Positions 9,142 to 18,555 of a DNA stretch of 64,000 bases are shown here, in pieces. Within the stretch, counting starts at the first letter, position 1; the number at the start of each line of letters is the position of its first letter. The position numbers and the translations under genes were made by a program. This DNA is from Thermodesulfobacteriota bacterium (GTDB lineage Bacteria > Desulfobacterota > Binatia > Bin18): NCBI GenBank assembly GCA_964291405.2, contig OZ219926.1, forward strand, positions 800,001 to 864,000, in the 5' to 3' direction. The notes under the pieces were generated by a model, which was not told where the DNA came from, searched no databases, and saw nothing but the letters and a program-made list of their open reading frames with translations.

Positions 9142-10913
9142 TGAAGCGCTTTCTCCCGTTTCTCGACCTCCGGGCTTACCAGCTTCGTCATCTTCCTCGG
9201 GACCTGCTCGCCAGCCCGAGCGTGACCTTTCTCGACATTCCCCAAGGCGTGGCCTATGCCATGATTGCCGGTCTTCCCCCGGCCATGGGCCTGTATGCAG
9301 CAGCCATGCCGGCCATAGTGGGCGCGCTGTTCCGCAGCTCCCGCCATGTTGTGACTGGCCCTACGAACGCCGTGAGTCTGCTGGTTGGCACCGCCGTCGC
9401 TGCCGAGGTGGCGCACGGTGGCGCGAGTCCCATGACCGTCGGAGTCACCCTGGCCTTTATGGTTGGGGTTGTCCAATTTCTCGCCGGGCTACTGCGACTC
9501 GACGCGCTCGCCGATTATATCTCACAGCCGGTTGTCCGTGGGTATATCTCAGGAGCCGCCGTCCTGATTCTGATCGGCCAGCTTCCCAATGCAACCGGCA
9601 CGGTTCGCGTTGTCGGCAATCCCATCCAGATGATCGGCGGCTGGCTGTCTTCGCTCTCGGAAGTCCAACTGCTCGCCGTCCTTTTCACCCTCGGCACAAT
9701 TGCCTGTGTCCTATATCTGCGTCACTTTTATCCCCGTCTGCCAGCCGCCATTCTCGCCCTGGGGCTCAGCATCGTTGTGGCACGCGTCTTTCAGTTGTCT
9801 GACGCCGGGCTCCAACTAGTTGCCGACCTCGCCCCTCTGCCAGCCGGTCTGCCGCCGTTCACCGTGCCGCACCTGGACCAGTGGGCGAGCCTGCTCCCGA
9901 TGGCACTTGCCTGTGCTGTCCTGTCCCTGGTTGAGTCCAGTTCTGTGGCCCGTACGCTTGCGACCAAGTCGGGGCAGCGACTTGATATGGCGGCCGAATT
10001 TTCGGGCCAGGGACTGGCAAATATCGCTGCCGCTTTCTCGGGCGGCTACCCGGTCAGCGGCAGTTTGGCCCGTTCAACCTTGAATCAGCAAGCTGGAGCA
10101 CAGAGCCGTCTGTCGGCGCTGTTTTGCGGACTGTTGATGCTGGCCGTGCTGCTCTTTCTCGGACCCGTGGTCAATCAGACTCCGATTGCCAGTCTGGCCG
10201 GTCTGTTGTTCGTCTTAGCCTCGGATCTCATCGACAGGGATCGTATTCGTATGATACTGCGCGGTACCCGGGGCGACCGGGTGGCATTTCTCACCACGCT
10301 CGTCGGGACGTGGCTCGTACCGCTCGATCAAGCCATTTATATTGGCGTCGGGATCAGTATTCTCCTCTTTTTACGTCGCGCCCGGCTGCTCACGATCCGA
10401 GAGATGACGATCAGCGAGAAAGGCCGCTTTCGAGAGGTTGACCAAGAGCAGGAAGATCAGGGGCAACACTGTTCCGCTATTCGTATCCTCAACCTGACGG
10501 GCCCATTATTTTTTGCAGCATCAGGAGAGCTACAAGCCGCGGTTGAGCGAATAAATGTCGAGCCTCATATCCGCGTCGTTATTCTCCGCATCCGCCAGAC
10601 GCAGGGCCTGGACATCACCATCGCCAGCCTACTCGAATCCAGCCAACGTCAGTTGGAGAGCTCCGGCAAAACCCTCCTCGTCCTGGGTCTGCGTCCCGAC
10701 GCCATGCAGCTATTTGAAAAAACCGGTATCGCTACGCGTATCGGGCCGACAAATCTCTTTCCGGCCCAATCCGGCTGGTTTACCGCCATGGAGGCCGCTC
10801 TCCGCCGCGCCCTCGCGCTGGCAGGAGGGCATAGCTGCGGCACGCACTGTCCGTTTGCCGCATATCTCACCGCCCAAGAGGCACTTCGTGGTAATCCCGC
10901 AGCATCACATTGA
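9141..10913 (+). CDS. SulP family anion (sulfate) permease with STAS domain
   Basis: PQGVAYAMIAGLPPAMGLY, GPT, GSLARS, GPLFFA; start overlaps upstream stop. Confidence 0.92.
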   Translation: MKRFLPFLDLRAYQLRHLPRDLLASPSVTFLDIPQGVAYAMIAGLPPAMGLYAAAMPAIVGALFRSSRHVVTGPTNAVSLLVGTAVAAEVAHGGASPMTVGVTLAFMVGVVQFLAGLLRLDALADYISQPVVRGYISGAAVLILIGQLPNATGTVRVVGNPIQMIGGWLSSLSEVQLLAVLFTLGTIACVLYLRHFYPRLPAAILALGLSIVVARVFQLSDAGLQLVADLAPLPAGLPPFTVPHLDQWASLLPMALACAVLSLVESSSVARTLATKSGQRLDMAAEFSGQGLANIAAAFSGGYPVSGSLARSTLNQQAGAQSRLSALFCGLLMLAVLLFLGPVVNQTPIASLAGLLFVLASDLIDRDRIRMILRGTRGDRVAFLTTLVGTWLVPLDQAIYIGVGISILLFLRRARLLTIREMTISEKGRFREVDQEQEDQGQHCSAIRILNLTGPLFFAASGELQAAVERINVEPHIRVVILRIRQTQGLDITIASLLESSQRQLESSGKTLLVLGLRPDAMQLFEKTGIATRIGPTNLFPAQSGWFTAMEAALRRALALAGGHSCGTHCPFAAYLTAQEALRGNPAASH

Positions 10914-11057
10914 CAGAAGGCAGACCTATCTGAAAACCCTCAGTCCCGGTCGCAGGGCAACCTCCGTTCCAAAATCCCCTTGCCTTGGCCTCTGCGTCTG
11001 GTTACGTTGATGCCGTTTTGTAGGAGGGGTCCGTACCCAGGGGAAGGATGTCACCGG

Positions 11058-12443
11058 ATGTCGCAGTACGTTGAAGGACCAGACGCAGGTCTTGTTGTTG
11101 AAGACCATGCCCAACTCATCGAATACTTCTTTGACGCTGCAAAGCCCCGAGCAGACTGGCGTATTGGCACAGAGTACGAACTGCTCGGCGTGTCACGTCG
11201 GAGCGGTCGTGCCGCGCGCTACTCCGGTCGACGCGGCATTGAGTATATCTTGAGCCGATTGGCAGACTCCCTGGAATGGGAACCCCAGGAAGAAGAAGGC
11301 CGTATTATCGCCCTCCAGGGCGAGCGCGCCAATATCGCCCTTGAACCCGGTGCTCAGCTCGAACTCTCCGGCGAACAGTGCGAAACTGTCCATTGTGCGG
11401 ACAAAGAACTTCGTCGCCATCTCAAGCACCTGCTACCCATTGCGGACGAATTGGACATTGACTTCGTGAACTTGGGAGTCCAGCCGGTCAGCCCGCTCGA
11501 CGACATCCAGTGGATTCCCAAAACGCGCTATCAGATCATGGCCCCGTATATGGAGAAGGTCGGCACGCTGGGACACCGCATGATGAAGCAGACCGCTTCC
11601 ATTCAGGTCAATTTCGACTTCAGCGATGAAGCCGACGCTATGCTGAAGTTTAAGGCCAGCATGGGCCTCGTGCCCATCCTGTCTGCCATGTTTGCCAACT
11701 CCCCGATTTCAGATGGCAGTCTGAACGGTTTTATGACCATGCGCGGCCACGTCTGGACTGCAACGGACAAACGCCGGTGTGGCCTGCTGCCTTTTGCCTT
11801 TGCGGACGCTCCGACATTTGAAGACTATGCCGAATACGCGCTGAATATTCCCATGTATTTCATTGTGCGCAAGGGTCAGTGGATCAATATGACCCATATG
11901 TCCTTTCGCCAATTTTTGGAGGAGGGACATGAAGGCGAACGCCCCACCCTGGAAGACTGGAGCATTCACCTGACAACCCTTTTTCCGGAAGTGCGGATCA
12001 AAAAATACCTGGAGATCCGCTGCTTCGACAACCAGCCATTCGAATACATGCTGGCCGTCCCGGCCCTCACCAAGGGCATCTTCTTTGATACCGACCCCCT
12101 GCTGGCCGCCTGGGATCTGGTCAAAAAATGGAGTTGGGACGAACGCCTCGAAGCCTATCATCAGGCCCATCGCCAGGCCCTGGGCGCACGTGTGCGGGGC
12201 ATCCGCCTGCTCGATCTGGCCAAAGAACTGGTAACGATTGCCTGGGAGGGCCTGGGACGGCATAACGACTGCAACGAGGCCGGCGCAAATGAGACCATCT
12301 ATCTTGAGCGACTACGTGATGAGATCGACAAAGGCCAATGTCCAGCCTATCGCGTGATTGAAGAGTGGATGACCCACTGGAACTATGACGCCAAACGCCT
12401 CGTTGACGGCACGGCCTACCGGCTGCCGGATGAGGACGAATAA
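11058..12443 (+). CDS. gshA: Glutamate--cysteine ligase (GCS2/plant-type)
   Basis: IGTEYE, LEPGAQLELSG, MMKQTASIQVNFD, AMFANSP, HLTTLFPEVRIKKYLEIR. Confidence 0.88.
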   Translation: MSQYVEGPDAGLVVEDHAQLIEYFFDAAKPRADWRIGTEYELLGVSRRSGRAARYSGRRGIEYILSRLADSLEWEPQEEEGRIIALQGERANIALEPGAQLELSGEQCETVHCADKELRRHLKHLLPIADELDIDFVNLGVQPVSPLDDIQWIPKTRYQIMAPYMEKVGTLGHRMMKQTASIQVNFDFSDEADAMLKFKASMGLVPILSAMFANSPISDGSLNGFMTMRGHVWTATDKRRCGLLPFAFADAPTFEDYAEYALNIPMYFIVRKGQWINMTHMSFRQFLEEGHEGERPTLEDWSIHLTTLFPEVRIKKYLEIRCFDNQPFEYMLAVPALTKGIFFDTDPLLAAWDLVKKWSWDERLEAYHQAHRQALGARVRGIRLLDLAKELVTIAWEGLGRHNDCNEAGANETIYLERLRDEIDKGQCPAYRVIEEWMTHWNYDAKRLVDGTAYRLPDEDE

Positions 12444-12528
12444 GCAGTAGCCCCTCCCTCAACACCGCTTGCCTCTCCCCACCACCCTGCCGAGGACCGC
12501 GGCATAACGGCCTTACCCGCTCTTGAGG

Positions 12529-14250
12529 TTACACCGAGCCGTCAACGCGTACGGTCAGAATATCAACGTTGTGATACTGTTGGTGTCGTACAGATGAGGC
12601 GAAGTGGCGCAGCAAACGTAGCGAGATTTCACGCTCGTTTGGCGTTTCCACGTGTTCTCCGAGCAAGGCCATGTGGTCTTCAAGGTTTTCCTCGCCAATC
12701 GCCGCCATAAACTCCAACTCCACGGCACCGCCGTCCTGACGCGCGATCACGTGCAAACGGCGTCCCGCGTGAGTCGCCGAGTCCTCCCGTTGTTGCACCA
12801 GACTCAGCATCGCTTCCTCGCCGATCAAACCCAGGCGTTGGGTCGCTTCTGTGCTCCACCTCAGTCGGGCGGCACACTCGCTCAGGAAAGCCTCAAGCTG
12901 CGGCAAGCTCTCGATTGCCAACTCCATTTCAAGATGTCTGCGGCGGGGGCTGGTCAACTCCATGAATGCGGTTAATCCCACCACCATGAGCCCCCCCGCG
13001 GTGATGCCGTCGCTCAGGAGCAGTTCCCAGGCCCCGCTCAGGTAGTCGGGGAAAATGGCCTGATACTGGAAGCCCACCCCAACCCAGAACGACACGCCGG
13101 TCACCAGCGCTTTACGATAATCGCTCCCTCCTTGGAGAATAAGTTGCATCCCCTGATTCAGTATGGGTCCAAACAGAATAATGAGATAGGCGGCAGCCAC
13201 CGGACTTGGAATGGCGATCAACACGGCCATCACCTTCGGCAGGAACGCCAAGACGAAAAAGACGACGCCGATGCATACCCCGACACGACGCGCTGCCACA
13301 CCGGTCAACTCCACAAACGGCGCACTTGATGGAGCAGTCCCACTCGGTATCGTCCCAGCGATACCACACAGCAGATTACCCAAACCGACGGTGGCAACCG
13401 CACCCTGGACCGAGCGGAGATCAGTCGCCCGCCGTCTGCGCCACGAGACCCGCTGAGTAGCAACGGCATGGCCGAGGGTCCCGGTCGTTCCGATTAGTGC
13501 CACAAACAGGAACCCCGGCAGGAGAGACCAGAAGGCGGGACTAAACGTCAGCCCCACCCCTGGCCAAGCATTCGAAGGAAAACCGACCCAGGGCGCGGCT
13601 AATATCTGCCCGGTATCGTACAGGCCAAAAGGCGCGGCCACCGCGCAGCCTAGCGCAATCCCAATAAGCGGCGCCCATGGTCGCCATGCCGCTGAGGCCC
13701 GTAGCGAGAGCGCTAAAGCCACGGCAAAGGTGACCACCCCACTCGTCGGGGCCGCAGCCCATGGCGTCCCTTCCGGCACCTCGTTCAGCATCCGAAAGAC
13801 TGCTGGCATGATGGAAACAGGTATCAGGGCGAGAATCGTCCCGGTCACGACCGGCGTGATGAAACGCCGCAGCAAGGAGAGACGGGTGGCCAGCGCAAAC
13901 TGAAATATCGAGGCCACAATAAGCAGGGTGGCCATCAGGGACGGGCCGCCTTCAACGAGCGCCGTGATACATACGCCGATGAAGGCACTGCTGGTCACCA
14001 TGGGGAGCACATATCCGGAGCCAAAGCGCCCGATGCGGAAAACCTGCAATACCGATGTCGCCGCATTCACCGCAAACAGCGCAAAGATGCTCCAGGACAG
14101 ATAGGTGTCGTCCTGATTCGCCGCCCGCATGATAATAGTCGGAATGAGTACCAGGCCGGGACACATGATCATCGCCCGCTGAAAGCTGAGCCCAAAGGCG
14201 AGCGTATACGGTGGGCGTTCATCAGGTTCGTAGAGGAGAGAAGGCATCAT
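12529..14250 (-). CDS. NCS2 (xanthine/uracil) family permease with C-terminal soluble extension
   Basis: N-terminal YEPDERPP, TPVVTG, many TM helices, then about 140 aa hydrophilic tail (EEAM..L, HQQYHNVDILTVRV). Confidence 0.8.
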   Translation of the reverse strand: MMPSLLYEPDERPPYTLAFGLSFQRAMIMCPGLVLIPTIIMRAANQDDTYLSWSIFALFAVNAATSVLQVFRIGRFGSGYVLPMVTSSAFIGVCITALVEGGPSLMATLLIVASIFQFALATRLSLLRRFITPVVTGTILALIPVSIMPAVFRMLNEVPEGTPWAAAPTSGVVTFAVALALSLRASAAWRPWAPLIGIALGCAVAAPFGLYDTGQILAAPWVGFPSNAWPGVGLTFSPAFWSLLPGFLFVALIGTTGTLGHAVATQRVSWRRRRATDLRSVQGAVATVGLGNLLCGIAGTIPSGTAPSSAPFVELTGVAARRVGVCIGVVFFVLAFLPKVMAVLIAIPSPVAAAYLIILFGPILNQGMQLILQGGSDYRKALVTGVSFWVGVGFQYQAIFPDYLSGAWELLLSDGITAGGLMVVGLTAFMELTSPRRRHLEMELAIESLPQLEAFLSECAARLRWSTEATQRLGLIGEEAMLSLVQQREDSATHAGRRLHVIARQDGGAVELEFMAAIGEENLEDHMALLGEHVETPNEREISLRLLRHFASSVRHQQYHNVDILTVRVDGSV

Positions 14251-14498
14251 TCACCCTCATTCCATGCATAGTCTCGTCCCAGCCGGCCTAACGCAGGGCC
14301 GGTGTAATGAACTTGGCACAAACATCACTTTCGCTGAGACGTGTCTTTTCCATGGCTAGCTTACCCATATTCATCATATCTCACCCCCATACGCCAGCAC
14401 AGCGTCTCCCCATCTAACCCCCATCCCCTTTTCTGTTTCCCCTCCCCGCGTTTCGTGTTATGAAGCCGGTACACAACGATTGAAATAAGGAGGGTCGT

Positions 14499-15467
14499 AT
14501 GGATATTCCCAAAGACAAGCTCCTCTGGATTTATGAGCGTATGCAGCTCATCCGGGTGTTTGAAACCAGGGTCAGTACCGAGTTTGGGAAGGGAAAGATC
14601 CCAGGCTTCGTGCATCTCTATGCCGGGGAAGAAGCGGTCGCGGTCGGGATCTGTGCCAATCTCACGGACGCTGACTATATGACCTCTACCCATCGCGGAC
14701 ACGGGCACTGTGTGGCAAAAGGGGTGGACGTACAGGGCATGATGGCCGAACTGTTCGGCAAAGCCACGGGGATTTGCAAGGGCAAGGGCGGCTCCATGCA
14801 TATCGCCGATATGGACAAGGGTATGCTGGGAGCCAACGGGATTGTCGGCGGCGGCCCGCCGCTCGCCTGCGGGTCCGGCCTGACCGCCAAAACCAATGGC
14901 ACCGACCAGGTGACCATCTGCTTCTTTGGCGATGGAGCCTCAGAGCAAGGCACCTTGCACGAGAGCCTCAACCTGGCCGCAATCTGGAAGCTGCCTATTA
15001 TTTTTGTGGCCGAGAATAACGGCTATGCCGAGTCGACGCCGGCGCATTATCATTGCAGCGTCGAGAATATCGCCGACCGCGCCGCAGCGTACAACATGCC
15101 GGGCGTCACCATAGACGGGAACGACCTGTTTGCCGTGTATGAATCGGCGCATGAGGCCGTTGCGCGCGCCCGGGCCGGACAGGGCCCGAGCCTGCTGGAG
15201 TGCAAGACCTATCGTCACCACGGCCATTTTGAAGGCGATGCGCAGACCTATAAAATCGCGGAAGAAAACGAAAAATACCGTACCGAACTCGATCCGATCA
15301 AGCGCTTTAAAGACGCCGTCCTGCCCCGTGGCCTTATATCCGAAGACGAGTTGGCGGCAATCGATCAACGGGTCAACGGCGCGATTGACGAAGCCGTCAC
15401 ATTCGCGGAAGACAGCCCCTTCCCCGAGGTCCAGGAAACCTTCACTGATGTGTATGTGAGTTATTAG
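14499..15467 (+). CDS. acoA: Acetoin/2-oxoacid dehydrogenase E1 alpha
   Basis: IPGFVHLYAGEEA, STHRGHGHC, GKGGSMH, FFGDGA..ENN TPP motif. Confidence 0.85.
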   Translation: MDIPKDKLLWIYERMQLIRVFETRVSTEFGKGKIPGFVHLYAGEEAVAVGICANLTDADYMTSTHRGHGHCVAKGVDVQGMMAELFGKATGICKGKGGSMHIADMDKGMLGANGIVGGGPPLACGSGLTAKTNGTDQVTICFFGDGASEQGTLHESLNLAAIWKLPIIFVAENNGYAESTPAHYHCSVENIADRAAAYNMPGVTIDGNDLFAVYESAHEAVARARAGQGPSLLECKTYRHHGHFEGDAQTYKIAEENEKYRTELDPIKRFKDAVLPRGLISEDELAAIDQRVNGAIDEAVTFAEDSPFPEVQETFTDVYVSY

Positions 15468-15486
15468 GAACTTGCGGAGAAATACT

Positions 15487-16500
15487 ATGGCAGAGCGAGA
15501 ATTGAATTTTGGTGAGGCGCTGAATGAAGCCATGCGTCAGGAGATGCAGCGCGACCCGAAAGTGGTGATCATGGGCGAGGACGTTGCCGGCGGAGCCGAT
15601 GTCGATCACCTCGAAGGCGACGAAGCCTGGGGCGGCGTCCTGGGCGTGACAAAAGGTCTGGTCAAAGAGTTTGGCCGGGATCGTGTTATTGATACGCCTA
15701 TCAGCGAGTCCGGCTTTATTGGCGCGGCTGTTGGCGCCGCGGCCACCGGCCTACGTCCCATTGCCGAGATGATGTTCGTCGGGTTTATGGGCGTATGTTT
15801 TGATCAGCTTCTGAACCAGGGCGCCAAACTCCGCTATATGTTTGGCGGCAAAGCCAAAGTCCCCCTGGTGATTCGGACCATCTGCGGGGGCGGATACCGC
15901 GCCGCGGCCCAGCACTCTCAGGTGTTGCATTCCCTCTTTACCCATATCCCCGGCCTCAAAACGGTCGTCCCCTCGACGCCGTATGACGCCAAAGGGCTCC
16001 TGATTTCGGCGATCCGGGATGATGATCTGGTGATCTTCTTTGAGGATATCACCTTCGGCGGCATCAAGGGCGCCGTGCCGGAGGAAGACTACAGTATTCC
16101 GTTTGGAAAGGCAGACATTAAGCGGGCCGGTGAGGATGTCACGATCGTGGCTATCGGCAAGATGGTCCATCATTCCCTGGCCGCAGCCACGGAGCTAGAA
16201 AAGCAGGGCAAAAGCGCGGAGGTGATCGATCCTCGCACCCTCTCGCCCTTTGACGAAGACGCGGTTCTGGCCTCGGTCGAAAAGACGGGCCGACTGGTGA
16301 TTGCCGACGAATCGCACCCACGCTGCAACGTGGCAACCGATATCGCGGCCATGGTCGCGGACAAGGGGTTTGATTATTTGAACGCGCCCATAAAAATGGT
16401 GTCGGCCCCTCACACCCCGGTGCCGTTCAGCCCGCCCCTGGAAGATCACTATCTGCCCAACCCGCAGAAAATCAGCGAGGCGGCTCTGGGATTGTTTTAG
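15487..16500 (+). CDS. acoB: Acetoin/2-oxoacid dehydrogenase E1 beta
   Basis: GEDVAGG..DEAWGGVLGVTKGL, DTPISE, AAQHSQ, DPRTLSP. Confidence 0.85.
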   Translation: MAERELNFGEALNEAMRQEMQRDPKVVIMGEDVAGGADVDHLEGDEAWGGVLGVTKGLVKEFGRDRVIDTPISESGFIGAAVGAAATGLRPIAEMMFVGFMGVCFDQLLNQGAKLRYMFGGKAKVPLVIRTICGGGYRAAAQHSQVLHSLFTHIPGLKTVVPSTPYDAKGLLISAIRDDDLVIFFEDITFGGIKGAVPEEDYSIPFGKADIKRAGEDVTIVAIGKMVHHSLAAATELEKQGKSAEVIDPRTLSPFDEDAVLASVEKTGRLVIADESHPRCNVATDIAAMVADKGFDYLNAPIKMVSAPHTPVPFSPPLEDHYLPNPQKISEAALGLF

Positions 16501-16571
16501 GCATGAGGGACTGAGGCTTGGGGAAACCTAATCTCCAACCCCCAGTCCCCAACCCCTAACCCCTATTTCCC

Positions 16572-17549
16572 ATGTTATCCGTCGGTATTATTGCAAACCC
16601 GCGTGCGGGCAAGGACATCCGCCGCCTTGTGGCACATGGTTCCATTCTTGATACTCAGGAAAAAGTCTATATCGTCCGGCGGGCCATTCTCGGCATTCAA
16701 GGTGCCGGGGCGAACGAAGTGGTCCTCTTTCCCGACCCGGCCAATATCTTTACCAAAGCCCTGTCCGGGATAGAAAACGAGCTGCGTCTCATCACGCGTT
16801 TTCTTGAAATGTCGATCTTTGATGAGGCTAGCGATTCAACCCGAGCGGCGCAGCTCATGCGCGAGCAAGGGGTGGCCTGCGTTATCGTCATTGGCGGCGA
16901 CGGCACCAACCGGGTGGTCACCAAAGGCAGTGGCAGCATGCCGCTCGTTCCGCTTTCAACCGGAACGAATAACGCCTTTCCCCAGTTTTTAGAGTCAACC
17001 CTGGCGGGCTTGGCCGCAGGCTATTACGCGGCCCGACACTTCTCCCCGGAAACGTGTACCCGCCCGACCAAGCGGCTCAACCTGTACCGGAATGGGACGC
17101 TCGAAGACATCGCCCTGGTTGATGCGGCCGTGTGTGATTACCAGTTTGTTGGCGCCAGGGCCGTGTGGGAGGCCGAGCGTATCAAGGAACTCTTTCTCAC
17201 CCAGGGCCAGCCCACGAATATCGGCCTAGCCTCAATCGGTGGCAGCCTGCATCCTATCCGTCCGGCTGACGATGCCGGGCTGTATGTCCGCTTCGGGGGT
17301 AATACCCGCTCGATCAACGCGCCTATTGCGCCTGGGATGGTGGTTCCCGTCTCTATCCAACACCATGGCCTGATGGAGATTGGCGCTCGGATGCCCGTCA
17401 CTTTTACGCCCTCGATTATCGCACTCGATGGTGAGCGAGAACTGGTCGTGAATGCAGACGACCGGTGGGAAGTTGAACTCTCGTGGGATGGCCCGCGCGT
17501 GCTGGATATTGAAAAGGTCATGGACACCGCCCGTCAGCCCACCGAGTAA
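16572..17549 (+). CDS. acoX: AcoX / ATP-NAD kinase family protein
   Basis: GIIANPRAGKDIRRLVA, GGDGTNR, STGTNNAFP, ALDGERE; adjacent to acoAB. Confidence 0.8.
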   Translation: MLSVGIIANPRAGKDIRRLVAHGSILDTQEKVYIVRRAILGIQGAGANEVVLFPDPANIFTKALSGIENELRLITRFLEMSIFDEASDSTRAAQLMREQGVACVIVIGGDGTNRVVTKGSGSMPLVPLSTGTNNAFPQFLESTLAGLAAGYYAARHFSPETCTRPTKRLNLYRNGTLEDIALVDAAVCDYQFVGARAVWEAERIKELFLTQGQPTNIGLASIGGSLHPIRPADDAGLYVRFGGNTRSINAPIAPGMVVPVSIQHHGLMEIGARMPVTFTPSIIALDGERELVVNADDRWEVELSWDGPRVLDIEKVMDTARQPTE

Positions 17550-17578
17550 GCCGGCCCCAACCCAGGAAGACGCGCCGC

Positions 17579-18544
17579 ATGAAAATCGTTCTATGCTCTA
17601 CCCATTTCCCTCATTGTTCCGAGACGCTCCGACACCATCTGCCGGATGACACCATTATTGCCTGTCCGGCGGAGGAGGTGCTGAGTACGACGCGCGATGC
17701 CGATGTGGTTGTGCCGACCATGCACCGCGTGGACGCGGAAATTATTCGAGCCACCTCGGCACGCATGATCCACCAGTTCGGCGTCGGGCTCGAAGGCGTG
17801 GATATTCCGGTTGCGACCGAACAAGGTATCTATGTGGCCAATGTCCCAGGCCAGGAAGGGGCGGGCAACGCCGCCTCAGTCTCGGAGCACGCCATCTTTC
17901 TCATGCTCGCCTTAGCCCGAAAATTTCCCCAGGCGGCTGAAAACGTACGGCGCGGTGTCTTTGGCTCCCCTATGGGTAAGGGACTGCTGAATAAGACGGT
18001 CGCCATTCTCGGCGTCGGGAGTATCGGGACGGAACTGGCCAGTCGCCTGCGCCATTTTGACGTGCGTCTGCTGGGCCTGAAACAACACCCGTCCGAACGC
18101 ATCAAAGAAGAATACGGGTTTGACTTCCTTGGTGGGCCGCCCGACCTCAGTCACGTCCTGGCAGAAGCCGACTTCGTTGTCCTGGCCCTTCCGGTCACGC
18201 CCCACACGCGGGAGGTCATCAATGCGCAGGCCCTCGCCGGCATGAAGAACACGACCTATCTCATTAATGTTGGGCGTGGCCCGGTCATCGATCATGACGC
18301 CCTAGTGACGGCTCTGGCCAATAAAGATATCGCCGGAGCAGCTCTGGACGTTTTTTGGGACGAGCCGACCGACCCGGCCGACCCGCTGTTTCGATATAAT
18401 GTGATTGCTACGCCCCATACCGCGGGCGTGACCGATTTGTCGTATAACGACATCGCGCGCGGCTTGGCTGCCAATGTCAACCGTCTGCGCGCCGGCGAGC
18501 CGCCCATCAACTGTGTCAATCTGGCGGAAGTCCGAGCCAAATAG
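17579..18544 (+). CDS. D-isomer specific 2-hydroxyacid dehydrogenase
   Basis: GVGSIG Rossmann motif, INVGRG, ALDVFWDEP, TPHTAG. Confidence 0.9.
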   Translation: MKIVLCSTHFPHCSETLRHHLPDDTIIACPAEEVLSTTRDADVVVPTMHRVDAEIIRATSARMIHQFGVGLEGVDIPVATEQGIYVANVPGQEGAGNAASVSEHAIFLMLALARKFPQAAENVRRGVFGSPMGKGLLNKTVAILGVGSIGTELASRLRHFDVRLLGLKQHPSERIKEEYGFDFLGGPPDLSHVLAEADFVVLALPVTPHTREVINAQALAGMKNTTYLINVGRGPVIDHDALVTALANKDIAGAALDVFWDEPTDPADPLFRYNVIATPHTAGVTDLSYNDIARGLAANVNRLRAGEPPINCVNLAEVRAK

Positions 18545-18555
18545 CTCCCTGCTCT

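Noticed and set aside
14313-14330. Sigma54 promoter for acoAB (TTGGCAC)
   Set aside because: The -12 GC is missing at the required spacing (TGGCAC-N5-TCAC)
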